From positions 1 to 64,000 of the forward strand of contig CAWJKZ010000025.1 of assembly GCA_963843575.1 (NCBI GenBank): a stretch of 64,000 nt of DNA, written 5' to 3'. A program made the position numbers and the translations under genes. Below, in pieces: positions 40,635 through 49,287 of this stretch (its first letter is position 1; every line of letters begins with the position of its first letter). The notes beneath the pieces were generated by a model that made no database searches, was not told where the DNA came from, and saw nothing but the letters and a program-made list of their open reading frames with translations. This stretch comes from an uncultured Acidobacteriota bacterium. Its GTDB lineage: Bacteria; Acidobacteriota; UBA6911.

Positions 40635-40662
40635 ATAATAGCGCGCGGCCCGCTCCCGTCAA
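40635..40662 (-). promoter_or_regulatory. Putative typA promoter
   Basis: Minus strand TTGACG, 16 bp spacer, TATTAT. Confidence 0.45.
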
Positions 40663-40699
40663 GTAATCCGGGATTGCTAGACGCGCCTGTCGGTTTGGA

Positions 40700-40910
40700 A
40701 TCTGGCTCCGTGGTCGTGCGTCACGGCGCTCTTAAGCTGATCGAGTTCTACGAGGACATGCGGGTCGAGCTGTACGACCTGCGCCACGAACCGTCAGAGA
40801 AGGAAGACCTCGGGGGCAAACTTCCCGGCACGGCCGACAGGCTGCAGAAATTGCCGCACGACTGGCGCCGGCAGGTGAACGCCGCCATGCCCGAGCGCGC
40901 GGGCGCCTGA
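40700..40910 (+). pseudogene. Orphan C-terminal fragment of a sulfatase
   Basis: [42 protein letters not shown] resembles arylsulfatase C-termini; no catalytic N-terminal part. Confidence 0.7.
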
Positions 40911-40960
40911 ACAGACGAATAGAGTCCCGAAGCGAGCGGACAGGAAAGCCCCGGGGGGAA

Positions 40961-41258
40961 GAGGCTGTCCAGCGGTTGAACCGCCGGCTGCGCCCGTAAG
41001 ACAAGTGGGTCCGGGCTTCAGAAGCTGTCCATCGGTTGATTGTGAAGTGCGGCGGCTCGACGCCGCTTTGGTGGCGGCGCCTCGGCACCACCAAAGGCCG
41101 AGGTCGCAGGGTCGCATCTCGCAATTCGGCGTGGCGCCGAGGCGCCGAGCATTCCTGCCGCAGGACGAGTGAAAGCGGCGCCGAGGCGCCGCACTCCAGA
41201 TTACTTGTTCGTCCGGATTGAACGTCAACCGTTGGACAGCCTCTGAAGCCCGGACCCA
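40961..41258. mobile_element. Nested MITE/REP array (lone TIR 40961-40979; 223-bp MITE 41021-41243)
   Basis: GTGGGTCCGGGCTTCA-GAAGCTGTCCATCGGTTGA ... REP2 pair ... TCAACCGTTGGACAGCCTC-TGAAGCCCGGACCCA. Confidence 0.8.
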
Positions 41259-41313
41259 GCTGTATCTGCCGAAGAGCACGAATTCCCCAGCCCCAGGGGC
41301 CGCGCCGCCGCGG

Positions 41314-41703
41314 TTATTTCGCGTTGACGACGACATGCGTGTGGGAGACGATCGCGCCGCCGAGGAAGTAGCCGTCGGCCTTCGCGGGCCAGAACTCGGC
41401 AATCGTGTGCTCATTATCGACCTTGTCGAAGACGAGATGCGCCTCGGCGCCCGTAAGGTCCTGGACGGCGAGCGCGGTGATAACGGGCACGTCCACGGTG
41501 GCGCCCCCTCCCTGCGCCCGCAGCGATACGGCTTTCGGGTTCGCCTTGTCGAAGGTGACCACGTAGGTGCCGGCGGGGAGCACCTGTTTGCCCGCCTTGA
41601 ACTGGAACGGAATCCGGGCCGTCACGCTGTCGGCACTGACCAACGGTCCGGCGCACAAGATCGTCGAGACTGCTATCATCGCTCCCAACAGCCACTTTGC
41701 CAT
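41314..41703 (-). CDS. Small exported hypothetical protein
   Basis: Signal peptide, IPFQFKAGKQVLPAGTY motif; GGAGGT RBS. Confidence 0.75.
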   Translation of the reverse strand: MAKWLLGAMIAVSTILCAGPLVSADSVTARIPFQFKAGKQVLPAGTYVVTFDKANPKAVSLRAQGGGATVDVPVITALAVQDLTGAEAHLVFDKVDNEHTIAEFWPAKADGYFLGGAIVSHTHVVVNAK

Positions 41704-41828
41704 CCGACACCTCCAGAGAGGGACTCGCTAAATACATTCTCTCACGGGAGCAGGCTCTTGAGAATCGGGTTCAGCGTACGCAGTTCCATATGAACTGTAT
41801 GGCTGCAGCAAACTGCGTCCAGGCTGAA

Positions 41829-41940
41829 GAGGCTGTCCAACGGTTGATTGTGGAAGTGCGGCGGCTCGACGCCGCTTCGGTGGCGGCGCCGAGGCGCCGC
41901 ACTCCAGATTACTTCAGTTCGTCAACCGTTGGACAGCCTC
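41829..41940. mobile_element. 112-bp MITE with perfect 19-bp TIRs and TGAA target duplication, inserted in a REP1 loop
   Basis: TCCAGGC-TGAA-[GAGGCTGTCCAACGGTTGA ... TCAACCGTTGGACAGCCTC]-TGAA-GCCCGGACCCAC. Confidence 0.88.
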
Positions 41941-42063
41941 TGAAGCCCGGACCCACTTGTTGGTCGTCAGTGCCCGGATGGGTTCCCGCCTCCCAGGAAG
42001 ACTCTTGTATCGGGTGCCCCGGCGGAGGAAAATTTCCCGGGATTCACCCCAGCGGAGGTCAAG

Positions 42064-43035
42064 ATGAAGTTTCCTGTGAAGGATCCCCTCACCTGGCACT
42101 ACCCGCCGATCGAACCGTTCCGCAGCGGCCGGTTGCGCGTCTCCGATGTCCATGAGCTGTACTTCGAGGAAAGCGGCAACCCGGGGGGCAAACCGGTCGT
42201 GTTCCTGCACGGCGGACCCGGCGGCGGCTCCGAACCGAAGCAGCGGCAATTCTTCAACCCCGCGAAATACCGCATCGTCAATTTCGACCAGAGGGGCTGC
42301 GGCAAGAGCACCCCGTACGCCTCCCTCGAGGACAACACAACCTGGGCGCTGGTATCGGATATCGAGAAGCTCCGCGAGCACCTCGGCATTGCGAAATGGC
42401 AGGTGTTCGGTGGGTCCTGGGGCTCGACCCTCGCCCTGGCCTACGCCGAGACCCATCCGGAGCGGGTCACGGAGCTCGTGTTGCGGGGGATCTTTCTGCT
42501 CCGAAAGCGTGAAATCGACTGGTTTTACCAACACGGCGCCTCCGTGATATATCCGGACGCCTGGGAACCGTTCCTCGCGCACATCCCCGAGGGGGAGCGC
42601 GGGGAGATGCTGCAGGCCTACCACCGCCGCCTCACGAGCGACGACCCGGCCGTGCGCCTGGCCGCAGCCAAGGTCTGGAGCGGCTGGGAGGGGGCCACGT
42701 CGAAGCTGATCCCGGACCCGGAGTTCACCGGACACTACGAGGAAGACGAATTCGCCCTCGCTTTCGCGCGGATCGAAGCTCACTATTTCATCAACCGGGG
42801 ATTCCTCGAGAGGGACGACCAGCTGCTGCTCGACGCGGCGAAAGTCCGTCATATCCCCGGCGTGATCGTGCAGGGCCGGTACGACGTAGTCTGCCCGATC
42901 GACAGCGCCTGGGCGCTGCACCGGGCTTGGCCCGAAGCCGACTTGATCATCACGCCCGACAGCGGCCACAGCGCCTTCGAGCCGCCCAACAGCCGCGCCC
43001 TGGTTGCCGCCACCGACCGGTTCGCGGGACTCTGA
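42064..43035 (+). CDS. pip: Proline iminopeptidase
   Basis: LHGGPG, FDQRGCGKS, FGGSWG, LVLRGIF, QGRYDVVCP, GHSAFE. Confidence 0.96.
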   Translation: MKFPVKDPLTWHYPPIEPFRSGRLRVSDVHELYFEESGNPGGKPVVFLHGGPGGGSEPKQRQFFNPAKYRIVNFDQRGCGKSTPYASLEDNTTWALVSDIEKLREHLGIAKWQVFGGSWGSTLALAYAETHPERVTELVLRGIFLLRKREIDWFYQHGASVIYPDAWEPFLAHIPEGERGEMLQAYHRRLTSDDPAVRLAAAKVWSGWEGATSKLIPDPEFTGHYEEDEFALAFARIEAHYFINRGFLERDDQLLLDAAKVRHIPGVIVQGRYDVVCPIDSAWALHRAWPEADLIITPDSGHSAFEPPNSRALVAATDRFAGL

Positions 43036-43297
43036 CGCGAGGGCCTTCACGGCGAGATCCCGAGGCTTGTCTCGAAGGTTCGAAGGCGCAAAGAAATTCG
43101 TGTTGATTGGACGGATCGGGTCGGTTAATGTCAATGAAACTGCGGTAAGCGGTATCGGTGTAGCTTGGGTGTGCATTCGTTCCTGATTTCCTTCCGAGGG
43201 GGATCAGAGCGCGCTCCCCGGCGTCGTGAGCGCTTTCCTTAAGATCAGGTTCATTTTTCGCCCGCCGCGGGCGTTGAAACGCAGGCTGAGATTGTTT

Positions 43298-45007
43298 ATG
43301 AGCACGAATAGCATCGGTTATCCTGAGGGGACACAAGCCTCTCCCCTGCCGCACAGCCGGACGTCGGGGCAGCACTTCCGCCGGCCGCAGGAGAGACCGT
43401 TCAGCGCGGTCGAGCGCGAGACGACCACGATCCTGATGGGCGGCCTCACGCGCAAGCACGACAAGTTCATCGAGGCCGTCTTCCACGGCTCCGGGTACAA
43501 GTGCCGGGCGCTCCCCACACCGGACCAGGCTGCGTTCCACGTCGGCAAAGAGTACGGCAACAACGGGCAGTGCAGCCCGGCCTATTTCACCTGCGGGAGC
43601 CTGATCCAGTATCTCCGCGAGATGGAGCTGGCCGGAATGTCCCGGCAGGAGATCGTGGACCGCTTCGTGTTTTTCACGGCCGGTTCCTGCGGCCCCTGCC
43701 GCTTCAGCACCTACGCCGCCGAGTACCGGCTCTCGCTGCGCAACGCCGGTTTCGACGGCTTCCGCGTGATCCGCTTCCAGCAGGATCACGGCGTGCGCCA
43801 GAGGACAGAGGAGCCAGGCCTCAAGTACACGATCGACCTGGGTTTCGGGATGCTCAAGGCGCTCTACGTGGGGGACGTGCTGAACGATCTCACCCACAAC
43901 ATCCGACCCTTCGAAGTCAATCCCGGAGAGACCGACAAGGTCATGGACGAGTGCGTGCGGGACATCTGCGAACACCTCAGCACGTTCAAACCGGTCGAGT
44001 TCCGCGAACGCGCACCCGGTTGGCTGGTCAGGAGCCTCTCCGGCAACAAGATCATGAACAACACGGCGATCGTCCTCTACAAATTGAGGGAGCACCTGAA
44101 AGGGGACGAGTTCCTGGGCCTACTTGAACGCTGCCGCAAGCGGATCGACGGCATCGAGGTCGACCGCATGCGCGTGAAGCCTGTCGTGAAGATCATCGGG
44201 GAGTTCTGGGCGCAGACCACGGAAGGGGACGGCAACTACCGGATGTTCGAGTTCCTGGAGCGCGAGGGCGCGCACGTGCAACCCGAGGCCCTCGGCACCT
44301 GGATCAAGTACCTGCTGACTCACGCCCGCATGGTGATGCACCCGCACCGCGGCATGGACGAGAACTACCAGGAACCCCTGCCCGGCGAATGGCGAAAGCG
44401 GGTGCGCAACGAACTCCGTTTCCAGAAGCAGCGCATGCTGCTGGGAACCGGCGAACTGATGTACACCGGGCTCTACCACAAGGTGGTGGACCGTCTCGGA
44501 GGCATGGCGCATCGTCTGGTCAGCCAGTACGAGCTGGCGCGCCTGGCCGACCCCTTTTACGATCCGCTTGCCCGGGGGGGCGAAGGGTACCTGGAGGTGG
44601 GTAAGAACATCTATTACCACGCCCACAAGCTCTGCCACATGGTGCTCAGCCTGAAGCCGTTCGGCTGCATGCCCTCGTCTCAGTCCGACGGCATCCAGTC
44701 GGCCGTGATAAACCGGTTTCGCGACATGATCTTCCTCCCGATCGAGACTTCCGGCGAAGGTGAGGTCAACGCGCACAGCCGCGTCCAGATGGCTCTTGGG
44801 GAAGCCAAGACCAAGGCCAAGGCGGAGTTCCAGGAAGCGCTTGCCAGGAGCGGGAAGAAGCCCGAGGAGCTCAGGGAGTTCGTGGCGCGCCACCCGGCCC
44901 TGCGCCGGCCGATGTACAAGGTCCCGCACCATCCCGGGGTCGCAGGCAATGCCGCCAATTTCGTGCTCCACGTGAGCGACATCATGTCCGGGCGCGCGCG
45001 CCTGTGA
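43298..45007 (+). CDS. 2-hydroxyacyl-CoA dehydratase-like [4Fe-4S] component
   Basis: GNNGQCSP, GSCGPCRF, IGEFWA, GGEG, KPFGCMP, IETSGEG. Confidence 0.75.
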   Translation: MSTNSIGYPEGTQASPLPHSRTSGQHFRRPQERPFSAVERETTTILMGGLTRKHDKFIEAVFHGSGYKCRALPTPDQAAFHVGKEYGNNGQCSPAYFTCGSLIQYLREMELAGMSRQEIVDRFVFFTAGSCGPCRFSTYAAEYRLSLRNAGFDGFRVIRFQQDHGVRQRTEEPGLKYTIDLGFGMLKALYVGDVLNDLTHNIRPFEVNPGETDKVMDECVRDICEHLSTFKPVEFRERAPGWLVRSLSGNKIMNNTAIVLYKLREHLKGDEFLGLLERCRKRIDGIEVDRMRVKPVVKIIGEFWAQTTEGDGNYRMFEFLEREGAHVQPEALGTWIKYLLTHARMVMHPHRGMDENYQEPLPGEWRKRVRNELRFQKQRMLLGTGELMYTGLYHKVVDRLGGMAHRLVSQYELARLADPFYDPLARGGEGYLEVGKNIYYHAHKLCHMVLSLKPFGCMPSSQSDGIQSAVINRFRDMIFLPIETSGEGEVNAHSRVQMALGEAKTKAKAEFQEALARSGKKPEELREFVARHPALRRPMYKVPHHPGVAGNAANFVLHVSDIMSGRARL

Positions 45008-45018
45008 AGCCAATTTAA

Positions 45019-45122
45019 GTGGGTCCGGGCTTCAGCCCGGACGCCGTTTGCGGTCGCTATAGCGTGCGCCCGTCGCCACATAGATCAGATCAAGAGACCT
45101 CCGGGCTGAAGCCCGGACCCAC
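45019..45122 (+). repeat. REPIN-like element, REP family 1 (intact)
   Basis: GTGGGTCCGGGCTTCAGCCCGGA, spacer, TCCGGGCTGAAGCCCGGACCCAC. Confidence 0.9.
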
Positions 45123-45156
45123 TTGGCGTTATTTGGCGTTGTAGGGAGGGGTCGAT

Positions 45157-48100
45157 TTGTTCGGAAGAGACGATCTTGACTTGCGTTACCGTGTCGGTGT
45201 GGACGTCGGGTCGACCACCGTTAAGGCGGTCGTCGTGGACACCTCGACGGACACCGTCGTGTGGCGCGATTACCGCCGCCACGACACGCGCCAGGCGGAC
45301 ATGCTGCTCGACTTCCTGCGCCGGATGGAGCGGGAGGCGGGGATCGACACCGGCAATAGCCGCATCTTCATGACGGGCACCGGGGGCAACACCCTCGCCG
45401 ACCTCGTCGGCGCCAAGTTCGTCCAGGAAGTCCTGGCCGCCTCGCTTACGGTGGAGAGGCTGTGCCCCGAGGCTTCGGCCATCGTGGAGATCGGAGGGCA
45501 GGACGCCAAGATCGTCGTGCTGCGCAAGGACCCGGAGTCGGGACGCATCAAAAAGATCCCGTCGATGAACGACAAGTGCGCCGGCGGGACCGGGGCAGTG
45601 ATCGACAAAATCAGCGCCAAGCTGGGCATCCCGCAGCAGTCGCTGTCGCAGCTGCACTACAGCGGTATCCGGGTGCACGCGGTCGCTGGCAAATGCGGGG
45701 TCTTCGCGGAAACGGACATCAACAGCCTCCAGAAACAGGGGATTCCACCCGAAGAGCTCATGGCCTCGCTCTTCGACGCCTTCGTTCTCCAAAACCTGAA
45801 GGTCCTCGCCCGGGGCCACACGCTCATGCCCGAGGTCATACTGCTCGGCGGGCCGAACGCCTTCATTCCGGGGATGCGCGAGGCCTGGCAGCACAATATC
45901 GCGCTCATGTGGGAGGAACGGGGTGTCAAACTGCCCGGGCAGACCAGCCGCGAGAGCGTCATCCGGGCGCCCGAGCACGCGGAGTATTACGGCGCCATGG
46001 GCGCCGCGGAATACGGCAAGGAAGAGGAGCTCGGAGTGGGCAGGTATCGCGGCACGTCGCAGCTCGAGTTTTTCGTGGGCGGCGGCCGCATCGCGGGACG
46101 CGGGCCGAGCGGAGTCCCGGGGCTGGTCGCCTCCGAGGAGGAGGTTGAGGCCTTTCTGAAGGCCTACGCTCCGCCGCGCTTCGTCCCCCCGAGGCTGCGG
46201 CCGGGCGCCACCGTGTCCGGGTACATCGGTGTCGACGGCGGTTCCACGTCGACCAAGGCGGTGCTCGTCTCCGAGGACGGGGACGTCATGGCGAAGGCCT
46301 ACCAGCTGTCGAAGGGCAATCCCATCCAAGACACCGTCGAGATCCTCGAGAAGCTGCGGGCCCAGGTCGAGTCGCAGGGCGCCGGGATCGAGGTGCTCGG
46401 CGTCGCGACCACCGGGTATGCCAAGGACACCCTGAGGGACGTCATATGCGCCGACGTCGCCCTGGTCGAGACCGTGGCGCACGCCAAGTCCGCCCTGCAC
46501 TACTACGAGGCCCCGGACGCGATCGTAGACGTGGGCGGCCAGGACATCAAGCTGATCATCCTGAAGGACGGGCGCGTCAAGGACTTCAAGCTGAACACCC
46601 AGTGCTCTGCCGGAAACGGCTACTTCCTGCAGGCGATCGCGGAAGGTTTCGGCCTGAAAGTCGAGCAGTTCGCGGACATGGCGTTCACCGCGCGTTCGAT
46701 GCCCGTGTTCCCCTACGGGTGCGCCGTTTTCCTGCAGGCGGACATCGCCAGCTTCCAGGGCCAGGGGTGGAAACCCCATGAGATCCTGGCGGGGCTCGCC
46801 GCGGTCCTGCCCAAGAACGTGTGGTTGTACATCGCGAAGATCCCGAACCTCCCCGAACTCGGCACGCGTTTCATCCTGCAGGGCGGCACGCAGAACAACC
46901 TTGCGGCTGTGAAAGCCCAGGTGGATTTCATCCGCTCCCGTTTCAAGGGTTCGGGCCGCATGCCCGAGATCACGGTCCACAAGCACAGCGGCGAGGCGGG
47001 GGCGATCGGTGCCGCGTTCGAGGCGATGCGCCTGCACCGGCTGGGGCGCGAGACCACGTTCATCGGCCTCAACGCCGTGCGCCACATCCAGTACCGGACG
47101 ACAGTCGGGGAGGAGACCCGCTGCGATTTCTGCAAGAACAACTGCGTTCGGACGTTTATCGACATCTGCAGCGAGGACGAGCCCGCAGTCGCTGCCCCGG
47201 CCGCGCCGGCCCCCAACCAGCCAGGCGTGCCGCTGAGGCCTGGTGAGCGGCGGCTGATCATCGCGACCTGCGAGAAGGGAGCCGTCGAGGACGTCTCGGC
47301 CATGAGAGTTATCCAGGCCGGACTCAATGCCGCCCGCGAAGCCAATCCCAACCTGGTGGAGTACGCCGGGCGAGAGGTGTGGCGCGTGCACGCGCAATCG
47401 GTCGTGGCGGACACCGTCCCCAAGTGGGCGCTGACCAGGGAAGCGCGCCGGCGCCGCGTGAGCATGCTGCGCCGCGACCGGATAAGGATCGGCATTCCGC
47501 GCGTGATGGCGATGTACTCGTTCGCGCCCTTATTCACCGCCTACTTCGAGAGCTTGGGCATCCCCGGCGGCAACATCGTCTTTTCCGATAACACCAGCGA
47601 GGAGATGTACCGCTTGGGGGCCAAGCGCGGCTCGATCGACCCATGTTACCCTTCCAAGCTGGCGCTGGCGCACGTGCACAACCTGCTCTTCGTCAAGCAC
47701 CGTCGGAAGCCGATTGACTGCATCTTCTTCCCGATGTTCGACGTGCTGCGCTCGCCCCTCGTCAACCTGCGCGCCACCAACGCCTGTCCGACCACCTCCC
47801 TGACCCCCGAGGTGGTAAAGGCCGCGTTCACGAAAGAACTCGACCTCTTCAAGGAAAACGGGGTTGCGTACGTGCGACCTCTGCTCGACGTGTCGAAGCC
47901 GCAATTGCTGGCGCGGCAGCTGTTCGGCGCGTGGCGGCCGATTCTCGGGCTGTCGCGCGAGGAGAACGCCCGTGCCGTCGAGGCCGGATTCGAGGCCCTG
48001 AACCGATACGAGTCCCTGTTGCGCCGCAAGGCCCGCGCGGAACTCGACCGCCTCGAGCGGGAAGGCGAGGTCGGCATCGTCTTCCTCGGCCGCCCCTACC

Positions 48101-48576
48101 ATCACGACCCCGGCATTAACCAGGGGATCCCGGAGGAACTGCAGAAGCGCGGCTACACGATCTTTTCGCAAAGCACCCTGCCCCTGGACGAAGACCTCCT
48201 GCACGAATTGTTCGGGGAGGAGGTCTCGCAGGGCGTCATCACACACCCGCTCGACATCGGCGACGTCTGGAAGCACACCTTCTCGGCCAGCAGCGCCAAC
48301 AAGCTGTGGGCGGCCAAGTTCACGGCGCGGCACCCCAACCTCGTGGCGGTCGAGCTGTCCAACTTCAAGTGCGGCCACGACGCGCCGATCTACTCGACGG
48401 TGGAAAAGATCGTGGAGTACTCGGGAACACCCTATTTCGCCTTCAAGGACATAGACGAGAACAAGCCGACCGGGTCCATCAAGCTGCGTGTGGAGACCAT
48501 CGACTACTTCCTCAAGGAGCTCAAGGCCAAGCTCGCCGCCTCCCGGGACGAGCGTGTCCTCTCCAGGGGAGCGTGA
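45157..48576 (+). CDS. Tandem HgdC/BadF-type ASKHA activase with DUF2229 domain
   Basis: GVDVGSTT and GVDGGSTS, EIGGQDAK and DVGGQDIK, NDKCAGGTG and NTQCSAGNG, KCGVFA and GCAVF, IGIPR, DPCYPSK, GRPYH, FKCGHD. Confidence 0.88.
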   Translation: MFGRDDLDLRYRVGVDVGSTTVKAVVVDTSTDTVVWRDYRRHDTRQADMLLDFLRRMEREAGIDTGNSRIFMTGTGGNTLADLVGAKFVQEVLAASLTVERLCPEASAIVEIGGQDAKIVVLRKDPESGRIKKIPSMNDKCAGGTGAVIDKISAKLGIPQQSLSQLHYSGIRVHAVAGKCGVFAETDINSLQKQGIPPEELMASLFDAFVLQNLKVLARGHTLMPEVILLGGPNAFIPGMREAWQHNIALMWEERGVKLPGQTSRESVIRAPEHAEYYGAMGAAEYGKEEELGVGRYRGTSQLEFFVGGGRIAGRGPSGVPGLVASEEEVEAFLKAYAPPRFVPPRLRPGATVSGYIGVDGGSTSTKAVLVSEDGDVMAKAYQLSKGNPIQDTVEILEKLRAQVESQGAGIEVLGVATTGYAKDTLRDVICADVALVETVAHAKSALHYYEAPDAIVDVGGQDIKLIILKDGRVKDFKLNTQCSAGNGYFLQAIAEGFGLKVEQFADMAFTARSMPVFPYGCAVFLQADIASFQGQGWKPHEILAGLAAVLPKNVWLYIAKIPNLPELGTRFILQGGTQNNLAAVKAQVDFIRSRFKGSGRMPEITVHKHSGEAGAIGAAFEAMRLHRLGRETTFIGLNAVRHIQYRTTVGEETRCDFCKNNCVRTFIDICSEDEPAVAAPAAPAPNQPGVPLRPGERRLIIATCEKGAVEDVSAMRVIQAGLNAAREANPNLVEYAGREVWRVHAQSVVADTVPKWALTREARRRRVSMLRRDRIRIGIPRVMAMYSFAPLFTAYFESLGIPGGNIVFSDNTSEEMYRLGAKRGSIDPCYPSKLALAHVHNLLFVKHRRKPIDCIFFPMFDVLRSPLVNLRATNACPTTSLTPEVVKAAFTKELDLFKENGVAYVRPLLDVSKPQLLARQLFGAWRPILGLSREENARAVEAGFEALNRYESLLRRKARAELDRLEREGEVGIVFLGRPYHHDPGINQGIPEELQKRGYTIFSQSTLPLDEDLLHELFGEEVSQGVITHPLDIGDVWKHTFSASSANKLWAAKFTARHPNLVAVELSNFKCGHDAPIYSTVEKIVEYSGTPYFAFKDIDENKPTGSIKLRVETIDYFLKELKAKLAASRDERVLSRGA

Positions 48577-48654
48577 GCCGCAGGAAGCTGAAACCTTTTG
48601 AGGGTCCTGTCGTCTTTATAAGTCTGTATTCAGCTTCAAAGGAGTACCAGTCGG

Positions 48655-49287
48655 ATGTCTGTAACCTCTTTGCGGTCGCTCTGTGCCATCGCCGTGTCTT
48701 TTGTCGTGGCCATGCTGCTCCGGCCCGGGGCGGCAGAAAGTGCCGACGCCGTTCGCATCGGCGTCGATAATTTCGGGCAGATCAACAGCAATTATTACCG
48801 GGGTGCGCAGCCTGACCGGGGCGACTTCAATGACTTGAAACGCCTCGGGATAAAGACCGTCATCGACCTGCAGGAAAAAGGGGAGCGCGACGAACCCGAA
48901 TGGGTCCGCACCGCCGGGATGCAGTTTTTCAACCTGCGCCTCTCCAGCACGCGCCCAGCCTCCGCGGCCGAGACGGAGTATTTCCTGAAGCTGGTCAACG
49001 ATCCGGCAAACTGGCCCGTCTTCGTGCACTGCGCCGGGGGTCGGCACCGGACCGGCGAGATGACGGCCATCTACCGCATCAGCCACGACGGCTGGACCGC
49101 CGATAAGGCCTACCAGGAGATGAAGAGGTTTAAGTACTACTCGTTTGGCGGACACGGGTCCCTCAAGGACCACGTCTACGGCTACTACCGGGATTACCAG
49201 ACGGCCCTGCAGAGCCCCGGCGTGCTCACGGGGATGCAGCCCCCGACCGTTCCCGCTACCAGGGAAGCCGTCGGAGCCTCTCGATAA
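48655..49287 (+). CDS. Exported Cys-based dual-specificity phosphatase
   Basis: Signal peptide, NFGQI..YRGAQP, GIKTVIDL, HCAGGRHRTG (C-x5-R). Confidence 0.88.
   Translation: MSVTSLRSLCAIAVSFVVAMLLRPGAAESADAVRIGVDNFGQINSNYYRGAQPDRGDFNDLKRLGIKTVIDLQEKGERDEPEWVRTAGMQFFNLRLSSTRPASAAETEYFLKLVNDPANWPVFVHCAGGRHRTGEMTAIYRISHDGWTADKAYQEMKRFKYYSFGGHGSLKDHVYGYYRDYQTALQSPGVLTGMQPPTVPATREAVGASR

Noticed and set aside
49256-49287. 32-bp 3' overlap of the convergent phosphatase and dehydrogenase genes
   Set aside because: Short convergent overlaps are common and there is no sign of function.
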